In this document: positions 1-8,622 of the stretch, piece after piece
How the letters are laid out: every line of letters starts with the position of its first letter
Position numbering within the stretch: the stretch's first letter is position 1
Assembly (NCBI GenBank): GCA_050175015.1
Contig: JBFXJJ010000001.1
Coordinates: 1 to 64,000 of the forward strand
Length of the DNA stretch: 64,000 bases
Direction of reading: 5' to 3'
Origin: Alphaproteobacteria bacterium
GTDB taxonomy: Bacteria > Pseudomonadota > Alphaproteobacteria > JBFXJJ01
The notes under the pieces: generated by a model
Seen by the model: only the letters and a program-made list of their open reading frames with translations
Database searches by the model: none
What the model was told of the DNA's origin: nothing
Made by a program: the position numbers and the translations under genes

Positions 1-1
1 A

Positions 2-127
2 ACAGATGAAAATTTCTTATTGCACCTAAAAGAATGTGAGTGTAGATTTAATCACAGAAAAGATAATTTTTATCTATTTATGAACCGTATCTTTTTTGAA
101 AAAATAAAAAGATACTAGTCAAGAGCC
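2..127 (+). mobile_element. 3' end of IS1595-family (ISXO2-like) transposase gene and probable right terminal inverted repeat, truncated by window start
   Basis: Frame from base 2 reads TDENFLLHLKECECRFNHRKDNFYLFMNRIFFEKIKRY* (stop 116-118), matching the C-terminal HLKECEFRFN motif of IS1595-family transposases. It is followed by ...ctagtcaagagcc (reverse complement GGCTCTTGACTAG), resembling GGC-starting IS1595 ends. Not in the ORF track. Confidence 0.75.
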
Positions 128-198
128 AAAAAATAATATCAATCCTATTTTTAGTAATAATCTTGGAAAAAAGTTATACTTTTATCCCCTTTATTTTA

Positions 199-966
199 TT
201 ACGAAAGTTTTTTATCTCTAGCGCATTTGATTACAACTTTGGCTCCGTCTTCTTCAAAAATAGCTTTAACGCAATATGTAATTGCTATCCCGAGATAGGC
301 TCCCATAATAACATCGCTCACATAGTGAACTGTAGTAAAAGCTCTGCTGAATGCAACTAAAACCGCAATTACCATATATGCGGCATCATATCTTGGAAAA
401 ATTATCTTAAGCGCGGTCATCGCTGTAAAGATGCTGATAGCGTGTCCAGAAGGAAAGGAATTCATTCCAAAATTAAAATTAAAGGGAGAAAAACCATATA
501 AATCATCATTGAAAAGATATCTAGGGCGATATCTGCCAATAAAAATTTTAAAGCCTGTAACGGTAAACGCAGAGGCGGTTAAGCTTGAGATCATAAAAAG
601 AAACGATCTTGCTTTCTGCATATTTTTTTCAAAATCTTCAGTTGAAACTGACACCCCAGCAAGCGATACGAAAACCAGCCATAAAATAATAGCAAAACCA
701 AACCACCAGCCCATTAAACCAATATTGGTTATTGTTTTATAAAAACCTTCTGTATGGGCGCTTAGATTTTCCTTAAAATAAAGTGCGAAAGGTTTATCAA
801 CAAAAATCATACAAAATACACAAATAAAAACAGTTATAACAAAGGAAAAAAGCCATCTTTCCTTTCGCATCATTTTGATAAAACTTTTTAAAAATCTAAC
901 TATTTTCGGCAACAAAAAGTTTTTAATTTTATGAACGTATTTTTTCAATTTTTCTTTAATATCCAT
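199..966 (-). CDS. PAP2-family membrane phosphatase (lipid A / undecaprenyl-PP phosphatase-like)
   Basis: Tripartite PAP2 motif KIFIGRYRP / SFPSGH / SRAFTTVHYVSD; several hydrophobic helices. Confidence 0.9.
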   Translation of the reverse strand: MDIKEKLKKYVHKIKNFLLPKIVRFLKSFIKMMRKERWLFSFVITVFICVFCMIFVDKPFALYFKENLSAHTEGFYKTITNIGLMGWWFGFAIILWLVFVSLAGVSVSTEDFEKNMQKARSFLFMISSLTASAFTVTGFKIFIGRYRPRYLFNDDLYGFSPFNFNFGMNSFPSGHAISIFTAMTALKIIFPRYDAAYMVIAVLVAFSRAFTTVHYVSDVIMGAYLGIAITYCVKAIFEEDGAKVVIKCARDKKLS

Positions 967-970
967 AACC

Positions 971-2650
971 TTAATGCTCCATATTGTAATTAGAATATAT
1001 TCTCAAGGTTAAGTCTTTGCCTCGAGAATAGTTAAGTCCTTTAACTTCGCCTTTTAAAAACAGTTTCAGTTTTTTCTTCTTGATTTTAGAAGTGAAATCC
1101 TTGTCATAGCCATCGGCAATAACCGCTATCACAGGTTTTTTATTTTTGAACAGCGCCACGGCCTCGTCTAACGTTACTAGTTTGGTTTTGGTACCGACTA
1201 AAAAAACCAAACTTGGTTCGTGGTAGCCCACAGCAAAAATTTCTGCATCTTGCGCTCGGTTCATTACCTCAATCTTATGAGCAACTTCTCGGCTTAGCCA
1301 CAATTTATCCAGCGAGGGCATAAGCTTACAAAAAACTATTAAAAACATCAAAGAAGCTAAAGATGCCGCCCATATTCCTGAAGAAAAATAAGAATATCTT
1401 TTCTGCTCATAGCGAGCCATATAGGTTACAGCAAGAGCCAGCGCTGCGGCAATTAAAGCCCAAGGATAAAAAGCTCCTTGTCCCAATTCTTTTGATAGAT
1501 ATATAAAACCACCAGCTAAAATAACCCCAATAAAGCTCCAAACAACCGACCATATTTTGTTAAATTTATGTAAAAACAAAATATCGGTATTCCTCCACGT
1601 AATAATCAAACTACGAGCAATTATTAAGACTAATGCTGGGTAAAGAGGCAGAACATAGTGTGGAAGCTTAGTTGGAACAAGCTCAAACATAATCCAAGAA
1701 GGATATGCCCAAGCCATACAGAATTTAGTACTAGGATTGTCTTTATCGCGCTTTGCACCAATAATTGCCGGCCACAAATATAAAGAAGCAGGCCATAGAG
1801 TAAGACTAACTAACAGTAAATAGTAGCCAGGAGGGGCGCCGTGGGACTCTGAGCCGCCAATAATTTTGGGAAGCATATCTTCTAAAAAAGCATTTTTCAT
1901 AAAATTGCTGCCTGTGGCTTGATTTATGAGATAAAACCAAGGTGCAACTATTGCTATAAAAAGCAAAATGCCCCAAATAGGATATAAAGACTTCAGCCAC
2001 CAAGCTCTTTTTTCAACGGCAAACAATGCTCCGATTGTTAAGATAACAATAACTGGAATTAAGGGACCTTTAATTAAAACGGAACACCCGAGACCGAACC
2101 AAAAAAGAAAAGCGAGAAAGTATCTGTGACACCAAGGACAGTTTATTTCGTAGATATGTCTTTCTTTAAAATAAACGACTCCAAGAGAGCCAAGAGTCAA
2201 AACAGTTGTTGCTAAAAGCATAGCATCGGTTTTGGCAAGATGCGATTCAACAGAAAGCAAAACACTTGATGCCAGAAAAAATGACGCGAGAAACGCCGTG
2301 CGCCTATCAAATAATATCTGCCCAAACATAAAAGTTAAGATAACGGCAAGCCAAGCACCTATAGCTGAAGGCACACGGTATGCCCAAACTTTATTAGTAT
2401 CCGAAGAGCTGAAAGCTGAAACTGAAAGTGCCTGAAGCCAGTATATTCCAACGGGTTTTTTGTTACGGGCAGTATCTTGATAGCGAATTTGAACAAAATC
2501 ATTTGTTTCTAACATCTGCTTAGTTGCCTGAGCAAATCTCGCCTCATCTCTATCCATAACAGGAACAGATGAAATCCCTGAAAAAAACATCACAAAGCAA
2601 AGCAAACTTAACCAAATATACGGCCGAAATCCTTGAAGATACTTGTTCAT
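971..2650 (-). CDS. ArnT/PMT-family (GT-C) membrane glycosyltransferase
   Basis: DRDEARFAQATKQM, KKPVGIYWLQA, LIKGP and TKLPHYVLP motifs; many transmembrane segments. Confidence 0.9.
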   Translation of the reverse strand: MNKYLQGFRPYIWLSLLCFVMFFSGISSVPVMDRDEARFAQATKQMLETNDFVQIRYQDTARNKKPVGIYWLQALSVSAFSSSDTNKVWAYRVPSAIGAWLAVILTFMFGQILFDRRTAFLASFFLASSVLLSVESHLAKTDAMLLATTVLTLGSLGVVYFKERHIYEINCPWCHRYFLAFLFWFGLGCSVLIKGPLIPVIVILTIGALFAVEKRAWWLKSLYPIWGILLFIAIVAPWFYLINQATGSNFMKNAFLEDMLPKIIGGSESHGAPPGYYLLLVSLTLWPASLYLWPAIIGAKRDKDNPSTKFCMAWAYPSWIMFELVPTKLPHYVLPLYPALVLIIARSLIITWRNTDILFLHKFNKIWSVVWSFIGVILAGGFIYLSKELGQGAFYPWALIAAALALAVTYMARYEQKRYSYFSSGIWAASLASLMFLIVFCKLMPSLDKLWLSREVAHKIEVMNRAQDAEIFAVGYHEPSLVFLVGTKTKLVTLDEAVALFKNKKPVIAVIADGYDKDFTSKIKKKKLKLFLKGEVKGLNYSRGKDLTLRIYSNYNMEH

Positions 2651-2665
2651 TTTTTTAATACTCCA

Positions 2666-3214
2666 TCAGAAGTTTTTATTTTGCCATAAAATATCGCCGC
2701 CGCAATCTTTGTTTTCATATCTTGCTAAAACAAAAAGCAAATCAGATGTTCGATTGATAAAAGCCAAAACATTAGGGTTTATTTCTTCTATTTCAGCAAG
2801 AGCCACAACTTTGGTTTCTGCCCGCCGTGCAATACTTCGAGCTTGATGCAGAAAAACCGCGCCTTTTGAGCCCCTTGGCAAAATAAAATTAGTAAGCTTT
2901 GGCAAGTCTTTTTCGCAATCATCTATCATCTGTTCTAATAATAGAACATCGTCTAAATTAATTTCAAAATCTTTAACATCAGAAGAATTATATTTTTTAT
3001 TTATACTAGAACCTAGATTAAACATTAAATGGGCAAGATGTAACAAAATCTTTTGAACTTTTTCGTGTTTAACGTAAAGTGAGGCAACAGCTAAAGCCGA
3101 ATTGGTTTCATCTACCGCCCCTCCAGCCTCAATTTTAGCGTGATGTTTGCTTAATATTTCGCCAGAAATTGTGCTTGTATTTCCAGTATCACCCTTTTTT
3201 GTGTAGATTTTCAT
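2666..3214 (-). CDS. ATP:cob(I)alamin adenosyltransferase, PduO type
   Basis: MKIYTKKGDTGNT, GAVDETNS, FILPRG, ARSIARRAE and INRTSDLLFVLAR motifs. Confidence 0.92.
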   Translation of the reverse strand: MKIYTKKGDTGNTSTISGEILSKHHAKIEAGGAVDETNSALAVASLYVKHEKVQKILLHLAHLMFNLGSSINKKYNSSDVKDFEINLDDVLLLEQMIDDCEKDLPKLTNFILPRGSKGAVFLHQARSIARRAETKVVALAEIEEINPNVLAFINRTSDLLFVLARYENKDCGGDILWQNKNF

Positions 3215-3282
3215 TTTTTTAAGCCTTGCTTCAACAAATTATTCACAATATAAATTATAAAAAGATTTTTTAAAGGGTAAAA

Positions 3283-4389
3283 ATGATAAAACCAACTCCA
3301 ATTTTAAGCCGTTATATGATAAGGCAATTCATTTTTTCTTTTTTTGCCATACTTTTCATTATTATGGGTTTTGTGCTTTTATTCGATATTATCGAGCTTT
3401 TACGCCGAACCGCAACCAAAGAAGATGTTTCGATTGGAACTATCTTTGCTATGGGCATTATGAAACTGCCTAATATGATTTATGTCCTGCTGCCTTTTGC
3501 CGTGATGCTTGGGTCTATGGTTACGTTCTGGAGGCTTACTAAAAGCCGAGAATTAGTTATTATTCGTTCGGCAGGCGTTTCGGTCTGGGAGTTCTTGTTT
3601 CCTATCATATTTATCACCCTTGCCATCGGCATTTTAAATGTTACACTCTTTAATCCTCTTGCTGCTGTAATGTATAAAAAATACGAAAATTATGAAGATA
3701 AACTGATGCTGCGGCACGCCAGCCCTTTTGTTCTGTCGCATCAAGGTCTATGGCTCAGAGAAGCAAGAGACGATGGCTATAGTTTAGTTCATGCCCGCTC
3801 GGTAAGGCAAGATGGACATATTCTTTTAATGCGCGATATATCTATTATGGCGATGCAAGACAATGGCGAATTACTCTATCGTATTGATGCTGACTTAGGA
3901 AAACTTTTTCAACAAAAATTAGAACTTGAAAAAGGCACTGTTGTTGAAGTTGGAAAACCTAACAAAAGGTTTGAAAACAAAACAATTGCAACAACCCTAA
4001 CCATAGAAAGAATACAGGAAAATTTTGCATCGCCTGAAACCATGTCTTTTTGGGAAATTCCTGCCTTTATAAAATTTTTTGAAGCTGCGGGCTTTTCAAC
4101 TGCGAGGCACAAGCTCTATTTCTATAGTCTTATAGCCTCACCTTTACTTTTATGCGCGATGGTTTTAATTGCCTCTGTCTTTTCTCTCAATCCTAATATC
4201 AGAAGAGGTAAGATTTTATTTAAAATCACCGCTGGTATCGCCACAGGGTTTGCTTTTTACTTTTTTTCTAGGCTAACTTTTGCTCTTGGCATTTCTGGCA
4301 CAATCCCTATTCAAATGGCCGCATGGAGCCCAGCTGCAATATCTATTTTATTTGCAATTTCATTCTTACTTCATTTTGAAGACGGCTAA
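3283..4389 (+). CDS. lptG: LPS export ABC transporter permease LptG (YjgP/YjgQ family)
   Basis: LSRYM..., SRELVIIRSAGVSVW, 3 TM + periplasmic domain + 3 TM, C-terminal LLHFEDG typical of alphaproteobacterial LptG. Confidence 0.85.
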   Translation: MIKPTPILSRYMIRQFIFSFFAILFIIMGFVLLFDIIELLRRTATKEDVSIGTIFAMGIMKLPNMIYVLLPFAVMLGSMVTFWRLTKSRELVIIRSAGVSVWEFLFPIIFITLAIGILNVTLFNPLAAVMYKKYENYEDKLMLRHASPFVLSHQGLWLREARDDGYSLVHARSVRQDGHILLMRDISIMAMQDNGELLYRIDADLGKLFQQKLELEKGTVVEVGKPNKRFENKTIATTLTIERIQENFASPETMSFWEIPAFIKFFEAAGFSTARHKLYFYSLIASPLLLCAMVLIASVFSLNPNIRRGKILFKITAGIATGFAFYFFSRLTFALGISGTIPIQMAAWSPAAISILFAISFLLHFEDG

Positions 4390-4407
4390 ATTTTTTAAGG
4401 TTATATT

Positions 4408-5877
4408 ATGAAAAAACTTCTGCTTTGGACTTTAGCAATAACTCTTTTTCGTGTTATAATATTAGTCCTATCTCCGTTAGAACTTTCTTTTGATGAGGCT
4501 CAATATTGGCACTGGTCTAAAGATTTAAGCTTTGGTTATTTTTCTAAACCACCTGTTATTGCTTATTTAATCTATTTAACAACCTCTATCTGCGGCAACG
4601 GCGAGGCTTGTGTTAGACTAGCATCGCCTTTAATGCACGGCGCAACCTCTTTAATGGTTTATCTTGCCGCCTCAAAACTGTTTGATAAAAAAACAGGTTA
4701 TTTTTCAGCCTTAACCTATTTAACTCTAACTGGGGTCTCTTTTGGCTCTAACTTAATCTCAACAGATGTTCCCCTGCTTTTCTGTTATGCTGCCGCTATC
4801 TATTTTTTGAGCTGTGCTTTGACAGCCAATCATTGGAAATGGTGGCTTGCTTTAGGCGCTGTTACAGGTATCGGGCTGCTCTCAAAATATTCTATGGCTA
4901 TATTTCCAGCGGTTGTTTTAATTTATATGCTTTTGAATTATAAACTTTATAATCCGAAGCATTATCTTAATTTTTTTCTTATGCTTTTGTTAGCTATCGC
5001 CATATATTCGCCCAATTTTTACTGGAATTACACGCACCATTTTGCAAGCTATGCTCATACTAAAGCCAATACTAACCTTGGCAGTGGTATGAAATTTAAT
5101 CCTTTAAAAGCTTTAGAATTTCTTGGCAGCCAAATTGCCGTTTTTGGCATTATTCTCTTTCCCTGCTTTTTATTTTTTATTGCCAAACCGTTTCAAAATA
5201 TGAGCCGTCTACAAGATAAAGAATTAAAGATTAACCGTTTCGGTCTGCTGTTCTTGTTATCGGCACCCTTAATCATAGCGATGACTATTCTTGGGCTTAT
5301 CTCCAGGGCTAATGCAAACTGGGCAGCTCCGTCTTACGTTGCGGGCGTTATCCTTGTGACAGCTCTTCTTATACATTATGAAAAGCTAAAGCTTGTTAAA
5401 TTTTCTATTTATTTAAACTGCGGTTTGATGATTATGGTTTCTTTGCTTCTAATCACAGGGAGCTTAACAAATAAGCACAAATTATCGGGCTGGAAAGATG
5501 CGGGAAAAACAATTTCACAAATAGCAAAAAACAATTCGGATAAAAAACTATTATTTGATGAACGAAAAATATTAACTCCCTTCCTTTACTATTTAGAACC
5601 ACAACAATTTGACCATCTTGTTAAGTGGAATCCTAATCAGGAATTAAATGATCATTATGATCTTACCGCGTCCATAAATAATCACGATATAGGCAATAGT
5701 TTTATATATATTTCCAGATGGGACAATGCCGATAGTCTTATGCCTTATTTCTCTTCAATGGCGCCAATGACACCCGTTATAGTAAAGCACGGCAGCAAAA
5801 AACAGACCAAACTATATATAACAATTTTAAAAGGCTTTAATGGCTTGGGGAGCTTAAATGGTGATGATAAAAGCTAA
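4408..5877 (+). CDS. GT-C glycosyltransferase (ArnT/RgtA-D-like, family 39/83)
   Basis: DEAQYWHWSKDLSFGYFSKPP, STDVPL, LLSKY and ANANWAAP motifs; polytopic membrane protein. Confidence 0.88.
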   Translation: MKKLLLWTLAITLFRVIILVLSPLELSFDEAQYWHWSKDLSFGYFSKPPVIAYLIYLTTSICGNGEACVRLASPLMHGATSLMVYLAASKLFDKKTGYFSALTYLTLTGVSFGSNLISTDVPLLFCYAAAIYFLSCALTANHWKWWLALGAVTGIGLLSKYSMAIFPAVVLIYMLLNYKLYNPKHYLNFFLMLLLAIAIYSPNFYWNYTHHFASYAHTKANTNLGSGMKFNPLKALEFLGSQIAVFGIILFPCFLFFIAKPFQNMSRLQDKELKINRFGLLFLLSAPLIIAMTILGLISRANANWAAPSYVAGVILVTALLIHYEKLKLVKFSIYLNCGLMIMVSLLLITGSLTNKHKLSGWKDAGKTISQIAKNNSDKKLLFDERKILTPFLYYLEPQQFDHLVKWNPNQELNDHYDLTASINNHDIGNSFIYISRWDNADSLMPYFSSMAPMTPVIVKHGSKKQTKLYITILKGFNGLGSLNGDDKS

Positions 5878-6529
5878 GGTTTTTTATCCAACTGTTTTTA
5901 TCTTAACAGTTTTAATATTAATTTTATCTCCTATGATTGACCTGCCCATTGCTGCTTATTTTTATAATGCGGAAAGTGGCTTTTATTTAAAAGATTGCCT
6001 TATTTTCAAATTACTGCGCAAAGGTTTTCCTGAAACCATCGGAGCTATAGCCGGCGTTATTACTCTTTTAGGAATTGCAAATTATTTCTTTAAAAAAAAC
6101 ATTTTAAAAATATCAATAAAAGAAAGTCTTTTCTTAATTATATCGGTTGTTATCGGCCCTGGCTTAATCGTTAATTCGATTTTAAAAAATCATTCGGGGC
6201 GAGCAAGACCTTCTCAAATTGAACTTTTTGGCGGCGATAAAACCTTTACTCCCGCATATAGTTTTGCTGATGAATGCTTAAAAAACTGTTCTCTTGCCTC
6301 AGGACACGCGGCTTTTGCTTTTTGGCTAACCGCTCTTGCTATGATAGCACCAATAAAATACCGCAAGCCTTTAATGCTGTGCTTCTTTTCTATCGGCGTG
6401 CTTATAAGCTTTACACGAATTGTTCAAGGTGGACATTTCATCTCTGATGTCTTTCTAGGCGGTCTTATAGCTATTACGTGTAACTTCGCCGTTTATCGCA
6501 TTATATACCACAAGAATTTTGAGCTGTAA
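5858..6529 (+). CDS. PAP2-family phosphatase (LpxF-like lipid A phosphatase candidate)
   Basis: KNHSGRARP / SLASGH / TRIVQGGHFISD motifs; overlaps the upstream glycosyltransferase stop. Confidence 0.85.
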   Translation: MVMIKAKVFYPTVFILTVLILILSPMIDLPIAAYFYNAESGFYLKDCLIFKLLRKGFPETIGAIAGVITLLGIANYFFKKNILKISIKESLFLIISVVIGPGLIVNSILKNHSGRARPSQIELFGGDKTFTPAYSFADECLKNCSLASGHAAFAFWLTALAMIAPIKYRKPLMLCFFSIGVLISFTRIVQGGHFISDVFLGGLIAITCNFAVYRIIYHKNFEL

Positions 6530-6580
6530 TTTTAGAGTGTATTTTTTAATTCGTTTTGTTAAAACAAAATAATCTGCTTT

Positions 6581-6616
6581 AAAAAATTAAGGCTGCCTAA
6601 GAAAGACAGCCTTAAT
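6581..6616 (-). terminator. Intrinsic terminator between converging genes
   Basis: attaaggctg...cagccttaat stem with adjacent A-run (U-tail on the minus strand). Confidence 0.7.
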
Positions 6617-6640
6617 AAACTAAAACTTATTTTTGTTTTT

Positions 6641-8449
6641 TTAATCTCTATCACGCCAGAACTTTTTAGCAAAGATTTGTTTTAACTGACGGCTCTTGCG
6701 ATAATGATCTCTATTAGCTTTTAAAATATCTTTTTTAGTGACTTTGTCTCTTACAAGACTTTCCACTTTTTTATATTTACTATCAATCTTATCATAATCA
6801 TAAAATGGTTTTAACCAGTCCTTAGATTTTCTTTTTAATCCAATCCAAGTTACTTCTTGAGGAACATTTTCTTTCTGTGGTTCAATTTCAAGTCCTTTTT
6901 CACCAATCTTTAAAGCGACAGGTTTAACGCCCTCATCAGAAATCTCAAGACCTTCAAAATTCTGGTGTTTACTTGACTTGAGCCCCAAAGACTCTGCAAA
7001 CTTAGCATTTTCATCAATATGATCTTTAGAACCGTGTACAGGCACGACAACAAGGTCTTTCTTCTCACTGTTTTCTATAAGAGCCTTATATAAAACTTCT
7101 AAGTCTCCTTTACCGCCATGACCTGAAGCGTGAATTTCTTTACAACTAAATAATTTAGACTGCTCTTCATTGTCAGGAAGTTTTGGAACATAAACTTTCG
7201 CTCCTAAGTCTTTAGCAACAACTTCTAAAAGATTATAGTAAGATTCTTCATTGCCTGGAATAGCCGTTTGAGCCATTACGATACAGTCATCTTTACTAAT
7301 CGTAAATGGATTAGGTCTTTTCTCATTTACACTATTAGCTTTTTCTTCTTCAGACAAAAAGTTGCGATGAACCGCCTTGTAAAATGATGAAACTTCTTCA
7401 CCCTGAGTTCCAGTGCAAACTACAATTTTATCGCTATCATCAAGACTGCGCTCATAAGCACTGCCACCTTTAACAACAAGTTTACAATTGGTTGCTCTGC
7501 CGTTAACTTCAGTCATCTGGCTTTCATCAAAACCTGCAATTTTAGCTAAACTAATATCAGCATTTTTAAGCGCTCTTTCACTATTAATTAATGATGCGCC
7601 TTCTAAAACTATTGTCTTTCCTGTTGCGGCAGCCACTTTAGCAATACTGGCAAGTCTTTGGGTTGAAGAACTTATAACCGGAATAACGATTCTTTTATCT
7701 TGATTTTCTTCAACTATATCTAAGATATTTTTATAAATCTGTTCTTCTTCCGTAACCTTTCCGCTTTTGAAAACCGAAGTTGAATCAACCATTACGGCGT
7801 TGATTTCTTCTTTACTTATTTCTTCAACTCTTGCTTTATCAAAAGGTTTTCCAACAGGAACTGTTTGATCAGATTTAAAATCGCCAGAATGGAAAATCTT
7901 CGCATCTGGCGTCTTGATATAGAATCCTAAAGAATTGGGCATAGAATGAGTAACGGCTACAGGCTCAATTTCAAAGTTACCTAGTTTTAGTTTCTGGTTA
8001 GGTTCAACAACTTTAAGCTCTGGCCATTCTTCTTTTTTAACCCATTGTGACTGCAAAATTTGTTTTACATATTCGAGCGTAAGTTTTGAACCCATAATGG
8101 GAGGAAGTTTATATCCCATTTTAATAAGATGAGGCAACCCACCTATATGATCTTGATGCCCATGAGTTATTAAAATTGCGCTAGCTGGAAGCTCTGCTTT
8201 TTCAGATCCATCAGCTTTATCGAAATGGACTCGAGCATCTGGAATTACACTGCTGTATCCTGTTTTTTCTTCATCACAAAACAAACTTCCGAAATCAATA
8301 ACTATGGATTCTGTTTTTCCATTATTGTCCGTATACATGTATGAGTGACTGTTTCCGCCTATTGTATCTGGGTTATTGCCCCCCAGTGATTTCCATACTG
8401 TATGTCCTTTGTTTGTTTGTTTTTGTTCTACCATCATTACACCTAACAT
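6641..8449 (-). CDS. Ribonuclease J-like metallo-beta-lactamase/beta-CASP nuclease, paralogue 2
   Basis: THGHQDHIG, THS, HSGDFK, CTGTQGE, IHASGH and PVHG motifs; true start may be the MMVEQ Met after AGGTG. Confidence 0.85.
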   Translation of the reverse strand: MLGVMMVEQKQTNKGHTVWKSLGGNNPDTIGGNSHSYMYTDNNGKTESIVIDFGSLFCDEEKTGYSSVIPDARVHFDKADGSEKAELPASAILITHGHQDHIGGLPHLIKMGYKLPPIMGSKLTLEYVKQILQSQWVKKEEWPELKVVEPNQKLKLGNFEIEPVAVTHSMPNSLGFYIKTPDAKIFHSGDFKSDQTVPVGKPFDKARVEEISKEEINAVMVDSTSVFKSGKVTEEEQIYKNILDIVEENQDKRIVIPVISSSTQRLASIAKVAAATGKTIVLEGASLINSERALKNADISLAKIAGFDESQMTEVNGRATNCKLVVKGGSAYERSLDDSDKIVVCTGTQGEEVSSFYKAVHRNFLSEEEKANSVNEKRPNPFTISKDDCIVMAQTAIPGNEESYYNLLEVVAKDLGAKVYVPKLPDNEEQSKLFSCKEIHASGHGGKGDLEVLYKALIENSEKKDLVVVPVHGSKDHIDENAKFAESLGLKSSKHQNFEGLEISDEGVKPVALKIGEKGLEIEPQKENVPQEVTWIGLKRKSKDWLKPFYDYDKIDSKYKKVESLVRDKVTKKDILKANRDHYRKSRQLKQIFAKKFWRDRD

Positions 8450-8551
8450 ATGAAATCTAAATTATATAATACCATTCTTATAATAGCGCAGCCGTTCTAA
8501 AATGCAAAGACTTTTTTGTAAAATTTGTCAAAAAATTTTGTGTCTATCGGC

Positions 8552-8594
8552 AAAAAAATAAGCCCTGAAAAAATCTATTTTCCAAGGCTTATTT
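8552..8594 (-). terminator. Intrinsic terminator after RNase J-like paralogue 1
   Basis: aataagcc...ggcttatt stem with an extended imperfect arm and A-run. Confidence 0.65.
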
Positions 8595-8622
8595 GTTTAA
8601 CTTTAAAGACTAAAGTAAGGGC

